Part shown: positions 1 to 9,682 of the stretch, in pieces
Numbering within the stretch: position 1 is the stretch's first letter
How the letters are laid out: each line of letters starts with the position of its first letter
NCBI GenBank assembly: GCA_963847445.1
Contig: CAWJZV010000034.1
Location: 32,001 to 96,000 of the forward strand
DNA: 64,000 bases
Direction: 5' to 3'
DNA from: an uncultured delta proteobacterium
GTDB lineage: Bacteria > Desulfobacterota > Binatia > UBA9968
Translations under genes and position numbers: made by a program
Notes under the pieces: model-generated
The model's database searches: none
What the model saw: the letters and a program-made list of their open reading frames with translations, nothing else
Told to the model about the DNA's origin: nothing

Positions 1-1078
1 GTAGTTGCTTGCTACGATACTTTTCGCGATCTTCGAGATCGGCTAGTTGTTGGCGCGCGGTTGCTAATTCTTGTTCCCTTGACTGGTTCTCGTTGAGCCG
101 CCGGTGAAGGTCGTTAACTTCCGTTGCAAGACGCTCGTAACGATCGGCGCCCTCGAGATTCTGGCGGGCCAATTCCCGCAACTGCGTGTCTCGCGCATTG
201 AGTTGGAGTCGTTGGCTAGTCGCTTCATCGCGCAATCCCTGGTTTTCAACGCGGAGTTCTTGAATCTCAATTTGTCTTCTCGCCGCGTCTTGTGCGGCGC
301 TCTGGAGTATTTCTACCCTGTGATCTCGTTCCGCGAGATTTCGAGTCAACGCCGCAACGGTGCTATGCAACCTCTCATTGACAGCATCGGCTTCGTGAGA
401 TCTGGCCGTCGCTTGTTTGAAATCGCCCTGGCTTGTTTCGAGCTGGTTTCCCAGATTGTCGATGATTTCGCGCAGCTGGCGGATCTCCATTTGCGCACTC
501 ATCAAACTACCCTCCTGCTGCTCGTATTCGGCTAACGTTCTTGGGCTTTCCACCGGCCGGTCGGAATGGTCGGCGCCCTGGTGCGCGAGTTCGTCGATGT
601 GAGCGGGCAGCTCTCCCGGCGACTGCTGTTCAGCGAGAACGTTCTTGATGGGCGCTCTATCGGAACGGGTCGTGTGCGCGCGTAAATATTCGCTGCACGC
701 TTTGATTAATCGTTGTGATTTTGCCAGTTCGGTGAGTAAAAAACCGATGTAGACATACACGGGCACGAGCTTATGCTTGGCTGCCAGGAAGATCCCGGTC
801 ATTTCGCTTAGCAATAAGCCGGCGAGCATGAAGCACATGGCGAGCCTGGTTTCCGACGCAAGCTCTCTAAGGGCGTCCCATCTGGCACGCCAGCAGATGA
901 CGAGCACGATTGCGTAACATGGGGCAAGTAAAAGAACCATGAGAACCTTTAGTTCCTGACTCGCTGAATCGGAGGCAGTCATGAGCAGGATTGGGCCGAG
1001 GGTGCACCATATTCCTAAGGCTCCCAGAAGAAATCGAGAAAATGCCAACTTTAGCGCATCGAAAAGTTTGGTTTTCAT
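1..1078 (-). CDS. Membrane-anchored coiled-coil protein, runs off the left edge (partial)
   Basis: Manual translation from ATG at 1078 (GAGGG upstream) is open to base 1: MKTKLFDALKLAFSRFLLGALGIWCTLG... with several hydrophobic segments, then a heptad-like E/Q/R/L-rich region (MEIRQLREIIDNLGNQLE...ELATARQQLADLEDREK). It is absent from the ORF track because no stop lies in the window. Confidence 0.7.
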   Translation of the reverse strand, partial: MKTKLFDALKLAFSRFLLGALGIWCTLGPILLMTASDSASQELKVLMVLLLAPCYAIVLVICWRARWDALRELASETRLAMCFMLAGLLLSEMTGIFLAAKHKLVPVYVYIGFLLTELAKSQRLIKACSEYLRAHTTRSDRAPIKNVLAEQQSPGELPAHIDELAHQGADHSDRPVESPRTLAEYEQQEGSLMSAQMEIRQLREIIDNLGNQLETSQGDFKQATARSHEADAVNERLHSTVAALTRNLAERDHRVEILQSAAQDAARRQIEIQELRVENQGLRDEATSQRLQLNARDTQLRELARQNLEGADRYERLATEVNDLHRRLNENQSREQELATARQQLADLEDREKYRSKQL

Positions 1079-1546
1079 CGGCTTGCCCTCTCACTCACCG
1101 CGGACGGTTAATCGTAAATGATCGATGTACGACGCGAGGTTGATACCGTAGCGATTCCGTTGGTGCGCTCGTCGATCAATGGCCAACACTAGTTCTATCA
1201 GGATCCGCCGGCCAAAAAAACCCTGTCGATGTTTGTCTCGCAGTGTAAAACGCTACGCTCGGATCACTGCTACATCGCGGTTGGTTCACCTTGATGTTTA
1301 GCATTTGAGCCGAAGAGAAGTTGCGTCAGGTCCGCACAAACGGACTGCCACGCTCTGACGCTCTGGGTTGCATCCCTCGCCGTATTCACGGCCGCCGCCG
1401 CCACTGAGATTGGCCAACACCGCTATCGCTGCGCGCGCTAGCGGCACTGCATTCAAGTCGAGGTTTGTCCAAAATTGTTATCTCACAAATCAACCTTCGC
1501 TAATAAGATCGTTAGTTTTCGATAGGTTAATCCCGGGCTCTGGCGT

Positions 1547-1562
1547 CGGCATAGGATATGCT
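1547..1562 (+). promoter_or_regulatory. Candidate sigma-54 (-24/-12) promoter
   Basis: CGGCATAGGATATGCT has exact GG-N10-GC spacing and lies about 80 bp upstream of the GGAGG-RBS/ATG at 1641. Confidence 0.5.
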
Positions 1563-1640
1563 CTCTCCGGCTAATCTGGCCAAACGCAAGCAAACTAACC
1601 AGACGAGTTGTGACAAAAGCATGGCCACACCGGAGGCAAT

Positions 1641-2283
1641 ATGAGCAAAATCTATGATGCCCTTAACGAGGTGGGAGCGAACCCTTTCGAGCCGAGTAAC
1701 GCCCCTCTACCCGATGGGATAATTCGCAGTACCGCTACCGGCCTGCGCAAGGAGTTAGTGGAGTTTGAAAAACTACTTGGCGAGCGCGTCGGTAGATTAA
1801 GGTTAGCCGCCGACAGAGGCTGACACGGCAGCGGCCACTGACAGCCAGCAGGCCGTCCGAACCATCGAGAAACTCAACGGTGAAATCAGCGCGCTTGACA
1901 CCAAGTTAAAAGAGACAACGGATCTCCTTGAGAGAAAGGAGTTGGCCAGTCAAGCACTCGAACGGGAATTGACCGCGACAGTCAGTGAACTGAAGACCGA
2001 GGTAAAAACCAAGGACGAAACTTTGGCAAGCCGGGTTTCCGAAGTAAACGCGCTTACCGCCGAAGTGAATCGCTTGCGCGACGGCATACGGGGAATGGTG
2101 TCGGTCTTTAATCAGCAAGCCCAAGCGTTAGGCGGACACCTCGCGGCGAATAGTCGCATGGCTGCGTTCGCGCCGCCGGCAACGAACTCAGCAAAGTCCG
2201 AGCTTGCGCATCCCTCCGCCCTGGCCGCAGTATCGGAAGCAAACTCAAACGAGGGCGTCGACACATCCATACTCGAACGATAG
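1641..2283 (+). CDS. Coiled-coil hypothetical protein (frameshift near 1812 joins ORFs 1641..1823 and 1942..2283)
   Basis: GGAGG RBS; starts MSKIYDAL. The +1 frame is open from about 1810 (TEADTAAATDSQQAVRTIEKLNGEISALDTKLKE...) into the 1942 ORF, with a continuous heptad pattern. Confidence 0.6.
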
Positions 2284-2327
2284 CTCTGAAATTTCCCGCG
2301 CGCACCGCCGCACCCACCGCAGTAGCG

Positions 2328-3420
2328 TTACGGCTTAATCAACGCCTTCACCGGATACAGCCCTTCGATCTCGCCGCCGACGGCGCGGATGCATTTTTCG
2401 GTTTCATCGAGCGGAAAAGTGTGAGTGACCATTTGCTGGACGGGAAACTTGCTCGCTTGGATGGCGTTCATGGCGATCTCGGTGGCGTCGTTGTCGGTGG
2501 TGAAGGCGCCTTGAAAACGGATTTGCCGGCGGACGATTAGATTCACGTTCAACGGCACGTCGATGCCGTCTCGCGTCAGGCCGCCGACGACGAGCGTGCC
2601 TAGGGTGCGGACGCATTCGACCGAAGTGCGGATCGCTTGGACGTTGCCGGAAACATCGACCGCGACGTCGACCAGTTCGCCGTCGGTTTCTGCGCGGATC
2701 GACTTCAAGGACATTTTCTTTTTCGACGTCGATCGTGCGCGTGGCGCCAAATTTTTTGGCGACTTCCAAGCGTTCGGCGTCACGGCTTAATCCGGTGATG
2801 ATAATCTTTGCCGCGCCAGCCATCTTCGCCGCGAAGGTGCAGGCGAGGCCTTGCTGGCCCGGCCCCTGAATCAGCACGCTGTCGCCCATCTTGACGCCGC
2901 CTTGGCGCACCGCCCATTGATAGCCGTTGGCCATGACGGCGCCGATGAGCACCGCCGCTTCGGCGGGGAGGTCGTTACTGACTTTGGTGACGAGAATGTC
3001 GGGCACAAGATAAAGATAGTCGGCGAAGCCGCCGAATAGATGGGGCGGGTTGGCGCAGGTGGTCTGGCCGCCGTAGCCGATACGCGCTTTGCAAAAGCGC
3101 GCCGCGCCGCGCCGGCAGTGGGCGCAGCGGCCGCAGCCCTTGGCGCCTTTCATGATGATGCGGTCGCCTTCTTTGATGCCGTGGATCGCTGCCGCTTCCT
3201 TGCCGAGTTTTTCGACACGGCCCAAAATCTCATGGCCGAGGATAAGCGGGTAGGGCAAGCCGTTCTTGCCGCCGTGGAGATATTTGAAATCGGAACCGCA
3301 GACGCCGCCCATTTCGACTTTGACCAGGCCGCCGTCGGCGCCAATGTCAGGGATGGGATATTCCCTGATTTCCAGTTTGTCCGGTCCAAGTAATGTCGCG
3401 CCTCGGCTGGTTGCCGCCAT
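2328..3420 (-). CDS. Zinc-binding (MDR family) alcohol dehydrogenase, frameshift near 2701
   Basis: CGSD and GHE catalytic Zn motifs, structural Zn CxxCxxC-x7-C, and GPGQQG nucleotide loop. The C-terminus (THTFPL...VKALIKP) continues in the 2328..2783 frame. GGAGG RBS. Confidence 0.85.
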
Positions 3421-3517
3421 GGGTCACCTCCAAGCTTTTGGGTAATTGTTACGGCAACGCAGGTATTCGCGTCAAGTGGGCAGATGAAAGTGACTGCCTA
3501 CGACGGGAAAAGTAACG

Positions 3518-3595
3518 TTTCACCACGAAGAGCGCAGAGCACGCCGAGAAGGAAAGTTTTTGAATCTCTGCGAACTCAGCGTCTCTGCGGTGAAA
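3518..3595. repeat. Imperfect inverted repeat, REP/MITE-like intergenic element
   Basis: TTTCACCACGAAGAGCGCAGAG ... CTCTGCGAACTCAGCGTCTCTGCGGTGAAA; the arms pair through TTTCACC/GGTGAAA and CGCAGAG/CTCTGCG units. Confidence 0.55.
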
Positions 3596-3734
3596 TCTCT
3601 TAATTACTTCGGTTACGGGTCGTCGCGCAACGTGCGACTTGCTTGACAGGGACGGAAGTTTGCTTGTAGATCAATTACACATTCCAAGCTGCGCGACCGG
3701 TTCGATGGCCCAATGGCCAAGGAGGAGAAAATTT

Positions 3735-4691
3735 ATGGCAGAGATCGTTATCGGTATCGGCACATCGCATAGTCCGCAGTTGAGCATCCGGGCCAAGGAC
3801 TGGGATCATCTGCTTAAAAAGGATCAGACCGATCCGCGGCTCGACTACCAAGGTTTGCTGGCCAAGGCGAAGCCCGGATTGGCGGCGCAGCTCACGCCGG
3901 AGAAATTTCACGAGCGCGATGAAGCTTGTCTGAAGGCGATTAAAAACCTAGGCGACGCATTGCAAAAGGCCAACGCCGATGTGGTGGTGGTTTTCGGCGA
4001 CGATCAGCAGGAACAGTTTCACGACGACAACATGCCGATGTTCGCCATCTACCACGGCAAGGGTTTGCCGGTGGTGAAGCATAACAACCTGCGGCCGGCG
4101 GCATGGAAAAATGCCGAAGAGCAGGGCTGGGCGGAAACCGCGCCGGAATACGAGACCGCATCCGACTTGGCGGATCATTTGATTCGCGCCCTCACCGACG
4201 CGGAGTTCGACATCACGCGCTGCAACAAACTGCGCGCCGAGATCGGTGTCGGCCATGCGTTCAGTTTTCTCTATCGGCGCATTTTACCTGGAACCAAGTT
4301 GCCGATGGTGCCGGTGATGGTGAACACTTACTATCCGCCGAACCAGCCGACACCGAAGCGCTGTTACGCCTTCGGCCAGGCGGTGCGCAAAGCCATCGAG
4401 TCTTGGGATAGCACCAAGCGCGTGGCGCTGTTGGCGTCGGGCGGGCTGAGCCATGTGGTGATCGACGAGGAAATCGACGCCATGGTGATCGATGGACTGA
4501 AAAATAAGAAGCCGGAAGTGCTGTTTCAGTTGCCGCGGAAAAAATTGACCGGCGGCACGTCGGAGATTCTCAACTGGGTGGCGCTCGCCGGCGCGATGGA
4601 GCATCGCGATCTGAAATATCTCGAATATGTCACGACCTATCGCTCGCCGGCGGCGACCGGCTGCGGCATGGGCTTCGCCTACTGGCAGTAA
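3735..4691 (+). CDS. Class III extradiol ring-cleavage dioxygenase (LigB/DesZ-like)
   Basis: AAGGAGG RBS; MAEIVIGIGTSHSP, VVFGDDQ.E.F..DN.P, GHAF, ASGGLSH and SEILNW motifs. The N-terminus resembles 3-O-methylgallate dioxygenase DesZ. Confidence 0.85.
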   Translation: MAEIVIGIGTSHSPQLSIRAKDWDHLLKKDQTDPRLDYQGLLAKAKPGLAAQLTPEKFHERDEACLKAIKNLGDALQKANADVVVVFGDDQQEQFHDDNMPMFAIYHGKGLPVVKHNNLRPAAWKNAEEQGWAETAPEYETASDLADHLIRALTDAEFDITRCNKLRAEIGVGHAFSFLYRRILPGTKLPMVPVMVNTYYPPNQPTPKRCYAFGQAVRKAIESWDSTKRVALLASGGLSHVVIDEEIDAMVIDGLKNKKPEVLFQLPRKKLTGGTSEILNWVALAGAMEHRDLKYLEYVTTYRSPAATGCGMGFAYWQ

Positions 4692-4697
4692 AAGATT

Positions 4698-4733
4698 GGT
4701 TCAAGGTTCCAGGTTCAAAAGTTCAAAGTTAAA
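4698..4733 (+). repeat. Degenerate ~7-bp tandem repeat (GGTTCAA-like, about 5 units)
   Basis: GGTTCAA GGTTCCA GGTTCAA AAGTTCAA AGTTAAA, immediately after the dioxygenase stop codon. Confidence 0.5.
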
Positions 4734-4788
4734 TCGGATTCAAGACGCTAAAACGCGTCATTGGCAGAAATTGGCTAGTGGAGTTGTA

Positions 4789-5457
4789 ATGGCACGTGAG
4801 CCGATAATCGACAGACTGATCAAACTCGACACCTGCGCGGTGTCGGATGCGTTGGACAGTTTGAGTCTCAAGGGGGCGACCTGGGGCGTGCGGCCGCAGT
4901 GGCCTTGCCCGAAGATCGCCGGCCGGGCGGTGACGATGAAGATCAAGCCGGCAGGCTTGCAGCAGCCGACGCAGCATTTGGGCACGGCGCCGATTGAAGC
5001 GGCGCAGCCGGGCGATGTTATCGTCATCGATAACGGCGGCAAGCTGGAGTTCTCCTGTTGGGGTGGTCTGCTGGCGCTGTCGGCCAAGCTCAAGGGCCTA
5101 AGCGGCGTGGTCATCGACGGCGCGTCGCGCGACATCGACGAGGCGCGCGATTTGGAGTTTCCAGTGTACGCCCGCGGCGTGGTGCCGATGACGGCGCGCA
5201 ATCGCGTGGTCCAGGAATCTTACAATCAAGAAATTCAGTTCGCCGGCGTGCAATGCCGTCCCGGCGATCTGGTTCTCGCCGACGGCAGCGGCATCATCAT
5301 TATTCCCAGGGAAAAAGAGCAAGAAGTGGTCGCTGCCGCCGAGGGGATTTACGCCAAGGAACAGGAAATGGCCGCCGGTATCCGCAAGGGTTATTCGGGC
5401 CGCGAAATGTTGGAGAGGCTCGGATACGAGCAGATGCTCAACAAGAAGCAGGAGTAG
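4789..5457 (+). CDS. RraA family / HMG-CHA aldolase-like protein
   Basis: VSDALD, IAGRAVT, PGDVIVID, WGGLL, GVVIDG..RD and PGDLVLADGSG motifs; GGAG RBS before ATG 4789. Confidence 0.85.
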   Translation: MAREPIIDRLIKLDTCAVSDALDSLSLKGATWGVRPQWPCPKIAGRAVTMKIKPAGLQQPTQHLGTAPIEAAQPGDVIVIDNGGKLEFSCWGGLLALSAKLKGLSGVVIDGASRDIDEARDLEFPVYARGVVPMTARNRVVQESYNQEIQFAGVQCRPGDLVLADGSGIIIIPREKEQEVVAAAEGIYAKEQEMAAGIRKGYSGREMLERLGYEQMLNKKQE

Positions 5458-5464
5458 AAGTTAA

Positions 5465-5577
5465 ATGGACGCAGTCGTCGAAGCTTTCAAAACACTTTCG
5501 CTGGCAGATGTTTCCGCTGCGCTTGGACGAAGCGCGCAAGATTCACCAGTATCATGAGTTGCAGCGCAAGGCTTAGC
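5465..5577 (+). pseudogene. Possible N-terminal remnant of a second RraA-like gene
   Basis: ATG after GGAG; MDAVVEAFKTLSLADVSAAL resembles the N-terminus of the upstream gene (IIDRLIKLDTCAVSDAL) and then stops. Confidence 0.3.
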
Positions 5578-5651
5578 TTAGAATCTTGTCGAGGAGCGAA
5601 AATCGAGGAGAGCGGATCGGCGAACCTGTTTTGCCCTGGTGAGAGCCTAGT

Positions 5652-6831
5652 ATGCTGACGCATGAAGAAAATTTATTGTTGACGCAAGTTGGCCGGGGCA
5701 CGCCGTGCGGAGAATTGTTGCGGCGTTATTGGCATCCGGTAGCCGCGGCCGCCGAATTGACCGATGAAAAGCCGATTCGCGCCGTCAAGATTCTCGGCGA
5801 AGAGTTGGTGGTCTACCGCGACAGGTCGGGCAACTACGGATTGGTCGGCGAGCATTGTCCGCATCGTTTGGCATCTCTCGCCTACGGCCGAGTCGATGAA
5901 CAAGGCATTCGCTGCCCCTATCATGGCTGGAAGTTCGACGGCGCGGGGAAATGTCTGGAGCAGCCGGCGGAACCGGCCGACAGTACCTTCAAAGACCGCA
6001 TCAAACAGGTCGCCTATCCGGTGCAATACTTGGGCGGGCTGATTTACGCTTACCTTGGTCCCGCGCCGGCGCCGCTTTTGCCGCGCTGGGATGTTTTGGT
6101 CTGGGAACATGGCAGGCGGTGGATCGTCAAAGAATCGGTCATCGAATGCAACTGGCTGCAACCGATGGAAAACTCCGTCGATCCTTCGCACCTGTTCTGG
6201 CTTCATGGCGACACGGCGCACTTGGCGCCGCGGGTGAAAAAATATTCCGAGCGGCATGAATTCATCCGTTTCGAATATGGCATCAAAAAACGCCGCACGA
6301 CGTTATCTCTCGCCACCGGCAGCGAGCCGGAGGTCGACGAGCATCCGTTGTTGTTTCCGTCGGTGCTGCGCCATGTCGCGCCGTTCAACGAAGGCAAGTC
6401 GGTACGGCATAATCTACAGATTCGCGTGCCGGTGGACGATCTTCATACGCAGGTGTTTCGCGCCAACTTCGTGCCATCCGAGACTGAGCGCTCGCCGCGC
6501 CGACGCGCCGGTGCCGTATCGGTTCACGCCGCTTAAAACCGCGCCGCGCGAATACCGCATGGACATGGTGTCGGCGCAGGATTCCATGGCGTGGGAAACT
6601 CAAGGTGGGCTTACCGATCGTGCCACCGAGCATCTCGGCATCGGTGATGAGGGGGTCATCGAGTTGCGCAAGCTTCTCAGAGAGCAGATCGAACGAGTGC
6701 AGCAGGGTTTCGACCCACTCGGCGTGATCCGCGACCCGGCGAAGAACCAGCTGATTGATCTTGGCGTGATCAATGAACGCATCGGTCTGTTCGCTCAAGC
6801 AGCCGCGCCGCCAGCGCGCGCGGTATCCTAA
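5652..6831 (+). CDS. Rieske non-heme iron oxygenase alpha subunit (phthalate 4,5-dioxygenase-like), frameshift near 6499
   Basis: Rieske motif CPHR...CPYHGW and Fe site ENSVDPSHLFWLH. The C-terminus (AQDSMAWETQG...DPLGVIRDP) is in the 6256..6831 frame. Confidence 0.88.
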
Positions 6832-6962
6832 CGTCGATCCTTCACTCGCTTCCGGTCATTCCTGGCGTGGCTGGTGCGTTGGCAATTAGCGCACGGCACC
6901 GCTTGATCGGCAGCTCGCCTCTGCCACCCGATCGTTAATACATTAAAATTCCATACCTAAGA

Positions 6963-6975
6963 TAACTTATTGATT
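6963..6975 (-). promoter_or_regulatory. IHF consensus site
   Basis: The minus strand reads AATCAATAAGTTA, matching WATCAA-N4-TTR, within an AT-rich intergenic stretch. Confidence 0.35.
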
Positions 6976-7037
6976 TTGCAAGCTTTTTTATCAAAAAGTC
7001 TTGCGCTAGTAGGACGGTTCCTTGGCTAATATTCTAG

Positions 7038-7160
7038 CGTCCGAGCTCGATCCCGAACGAAAAAGGCAAATACTTCAACACCAGTCTGCTGCAGTACCAA
7101 AAAATGGACGCGGCATTGAAGATCGTCGACGATGCACTGAACAAAGCGGGTAAAAAGTAA
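7038..7160 (+). pseudogene. Start-less C-terminal gene fragment (possibly a solute-binding protein tail)
   Basis: Reads RPSSIPNEKGKYFNTSLLQYQKMDAALKIVDDALNKAGKK* with coding-like GC3. It is preceded directly by an in-frame TAG and ends 29 bp before the next ATG. Confidence 0.4.
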
Positions 7161-7189
7161 CTCGAATCGTTAATCGTAGGAGTAAGGTC

Positions 7190-8356
7190 ATGCTGACGAG
7201 AGCAGAAAACGAAATGTTGACACGAGTCGGGCCGGGCACGCCGGCGGGCGAGTTGCTGCGCCGCTATTGGTTGCCGGTCGGCGTGGCGAGCGAACTCACC
7301 GCGGAGAACCCAACCCAAGTGGTGCGTATCCTGGGCGAGACCTTGGTGTTGTTTCGCGATAAGAGCGGCAATGTCGGCTTGCTCGACGACCGTTGCCCCC
7401 ATCGCGGCGTGTCCCTGTCTTATGGCCGGGTCGAAGCGCGCGGTATCGCCTGCGCGTATCATGGCTGGCTGTACGATACCAAAGGGAACTGTCTGGAGAC
7501 GCCGGCGGAGCCCTGCGATAGCAAATTTTATCGCACCGTCAAACAGAAATCCTATCCGGTGCAAAAACTGGTTGGGCTTTACTGGGCTTATCTCGGTCCA
7601 TTGCCGGCGCCGCTGATCGCCAATTTCGACGTGTGGTTTCGCAAAGACGGCCGCCGTAAGGTCTTCATCCAACCGCAGCTCGACGCCAACTGGTTCCAGC
7701 CCATGGAGAACTCCATGGACCCGGCGCATTTGCAAATTCTCCATCAGGATACCGCCAATCGCGGTCGGGAAATTCAGGACAGCACGCGCGGACTCACCGA
7801 CGATGTTGCTGAGTTTGACTTCTATGAAGTGCCTTACGGTTTGATGAAACGGCGCACCTACAAAAACGGCATGATCGACGAGCATCCGGTGATCTTCCCG
7901 AACGTATTGCGCCAGGGCAACGTCGGACAGATCCGTGTGCCGATGGACGACACCCATACCAAAATCTATTTTGTGCGCTTTTACCCCACCGAGAGCGGTG
8001 AGATTGTCGAGAACGACGAGCCGCCGGTGGAGTACCTCAAGCCTTACAAGAACCCGCCCGACGCGCTCCATCCGTTTACGCGCTTTCGCATGGATGCGGT
8101 GCAGGCGCAGGACCATATGGCGTGGGAAACTCAGGGACCGATTTGCGACCGGACTGAGGAGCGGCTCACCAGCTCGGACCGCGGCGTGATTCTCTTGCGC
8201 GAGGTCATGTTTCGCGAGATGAAAAAAGTGCAACAGGGTCTAGATCCCATGGGCGTTGTCCGCGATCCGGCGAACAATCCGTTCATCGATACCCATCTCT
8301 CGGAATCCATTTTACTGGGTGACTACGATCGCTCGCCGCTCGCCGTCAACCAATAG
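7190..8356 (+). CDS. Rieske non-heme iron oxygenase alpha subunit (paralog of 5652)
   Basis: CPHR...CAYHGW, ENSMDPAHLQILH and AQDHMAWETQG motifs; AGGAG RBS. Confidence 0.9.
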   Translation: MLTRAENEMLTRVGPGTPAGELLRRYWLPVGVASELTAENPTQVVRILGETLVLFRDKSGNVGLLDDRCPHRGVSLSYGRVEARGIACAYHGWLYDTKGNCLETPAEPCDSKFYRTVKQKSYPVQKLVGLYWAYLGPLPAPLIANFDVWFRKDGRRKVFIQPQLDANWFQPMENSMDPAHLQILHQDTANRGREIQDSTRGLTDDVAEFDFYEVPYGLMKRRTYKNGMIDEHPVIFPNVLRQGNVGQIRVPMDDTHTKIYFVRFYPTESGEIVENDEPPVEYLKPYKNPPDALHPFTRFRMDAVQAQDHMAWETQGPICDRTEERLTSSDRGVILLREVMFREMKKVQQGLDPMGVVRDPANNPFIDTHLSESILLGDYDRSPLAVNQ

Positions 8357-8681
8357 CGTCGCGCTTTGCCCGGCGCGCCGCTGTGTTGCCTCCGGTCGGG
8401 CGCATCAAGTTTCACGATTCGCACGGATTCTTCAATTCTGTTAGGTCATTAGCTTGAAATCTCCCGGTCCATTGCGCGGCCCGCGACTACTCGGAAGGGA
8501 TCGACTTTCCCAGCGCAAGGTTAACGCTGCGTTGATCACGCTTTCGCAGATGGCTGGGCTCGGGTAACGGTCGCCCAGCAAAGTTGTTCGGCTCGCCTGT
8601 CCCAAGTCGGCGGCGGGTTGGGGCTTCCGTACCTCGCCATTGAATTGAACCCGAGCGCAGCGCTTTGAGCGCGTCCGGCGC

Positions 8682-8920
8682 TTCTCTGTGCGCCACATCA
8701 CGCTCTGCGAATGAGTGCGCTCGCTGGCACCGGGTCCTGCGGCACGCAGAGCCCTGGCGAGTTTCGCTGCCACTCCGATGATCGACGTGCACTTGCCGAC
8801 GACCGCCGGTCGCGAGCTGATCCTGACCCGCACCAAACCGCCCGAGCTCGAACTCCAACTCCTGCTGGCTAAACTCAAGCTCGGACTCCCAGCACGGCCG
8901 TCGCCCAGAATCACCACCGC
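8682..8920 (+). mobile_element. Decayed C-terminal fragment of an IS1634-family transposase
   Basis: RSLAPG...FAATPMIDVHLPTTAGRELILTRTKPPELELQLLLAKLKLGLPARPSPRIT matches the IS1634 C-terminus as I recall it (MIDVHLPTTDGRELILTRYTQPE...LP.QPPPKI). There is an in-frame stop just upstream and no DDE core. Confidence 0.75.
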
Positions 8921-9632
8921 TTTTGGCGCGCCCTCGGAGCGGAATTTTTCTTTGCTGGGATTCAACGGTCCGCCGCCAAGGCCTCGCCAAGCGGTCTCTT
9001 ACGGAATCGTCAGTCCGAATGAGATTGGCGGTATGCCGGACCACGCGCTGGTCAGTTTCCCTGCGGCTGAGGTCATCACATAGACCGGTAGACTAGCTAG
9101 AGCTTGCGGCGGCGGCAGAGGGGATCAAGTACAAGCAGAGCATTCTACCCAAGAATAACCCAAAGTTCATTGGGCATAGCTGCAAGTGCACGGCCGAAAG
9201 GCAATTTGACGTGTACATCGGCAGGGACTTTTGGACTCCCGGATAGGATTTCATCGACCCCCGGCATCAACAGAAGTATTTAAAAACAAATGTCAATTTT
9301 AAGTAGGTCGGAGAAACCGGGCAAAATGATGAACCCAGTTGGATTTACATTCCAATCGGGCGTTGCTAATCCCAATGCCGCGGGTGTAACCACTAAGAAA
9401 TCTATCCACAACCAGACCAAATTCTGATGGTAGTCCGCGGTGACTTTGCCAACCCTAGCTTATCGGACTTTAATGTCAGTAAAGTAATAACGATAAAGTT
9501 CAAGCTCATCAAACGTTTGCACTGGCTACGTGATCATTACTGACACCAATGTCCGATTTATTTAACACTGCTGTTGCTATCCCGTCATCAAGTTCTTTTT
9601 CATTGCAGTTTTCAATTAATTTTGTTTCGGAG

Positions 9633-9649
9633 TTGGCATTTACCTTGCT
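9633..9649 (+). promoter_or_regulatory. Sigma-54 (-24/-12) promoter of the EPS locus
   Basis: TTGGCATTTACCTTGCT versus consensus YTGGCAC-N5-TTGCW, 33 bp upstream of the NusG-paralog ATG. An AT-rich tract and an inverted pair TGTCAGTAA (9474-9482) / TTACTGACA (9537-9545) lie upstream. Confidence 0.75.
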
Positions 9650-9682
9650 CAAGTCAACTTCAACAATTGAATCCACATCACG

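Noticed and set aside
104-535. Plus-strand 143-aa ORF
   Set aside because: It is the antisense shadow of the longer minus-strand coiled-coil gene.
7034-8233. 399-aa minus-strand ORF (and similar long antisense ORFs such as 39009..39968)
   Set aside because: These are antisense shadows of GC-rich genes and have no motifs.
8441-9044. Minus-strand ORFs of 174 and 185 aa
   Set aside because: They overlap the plus-strand IS1634 remnant and show no recognisable protein features.
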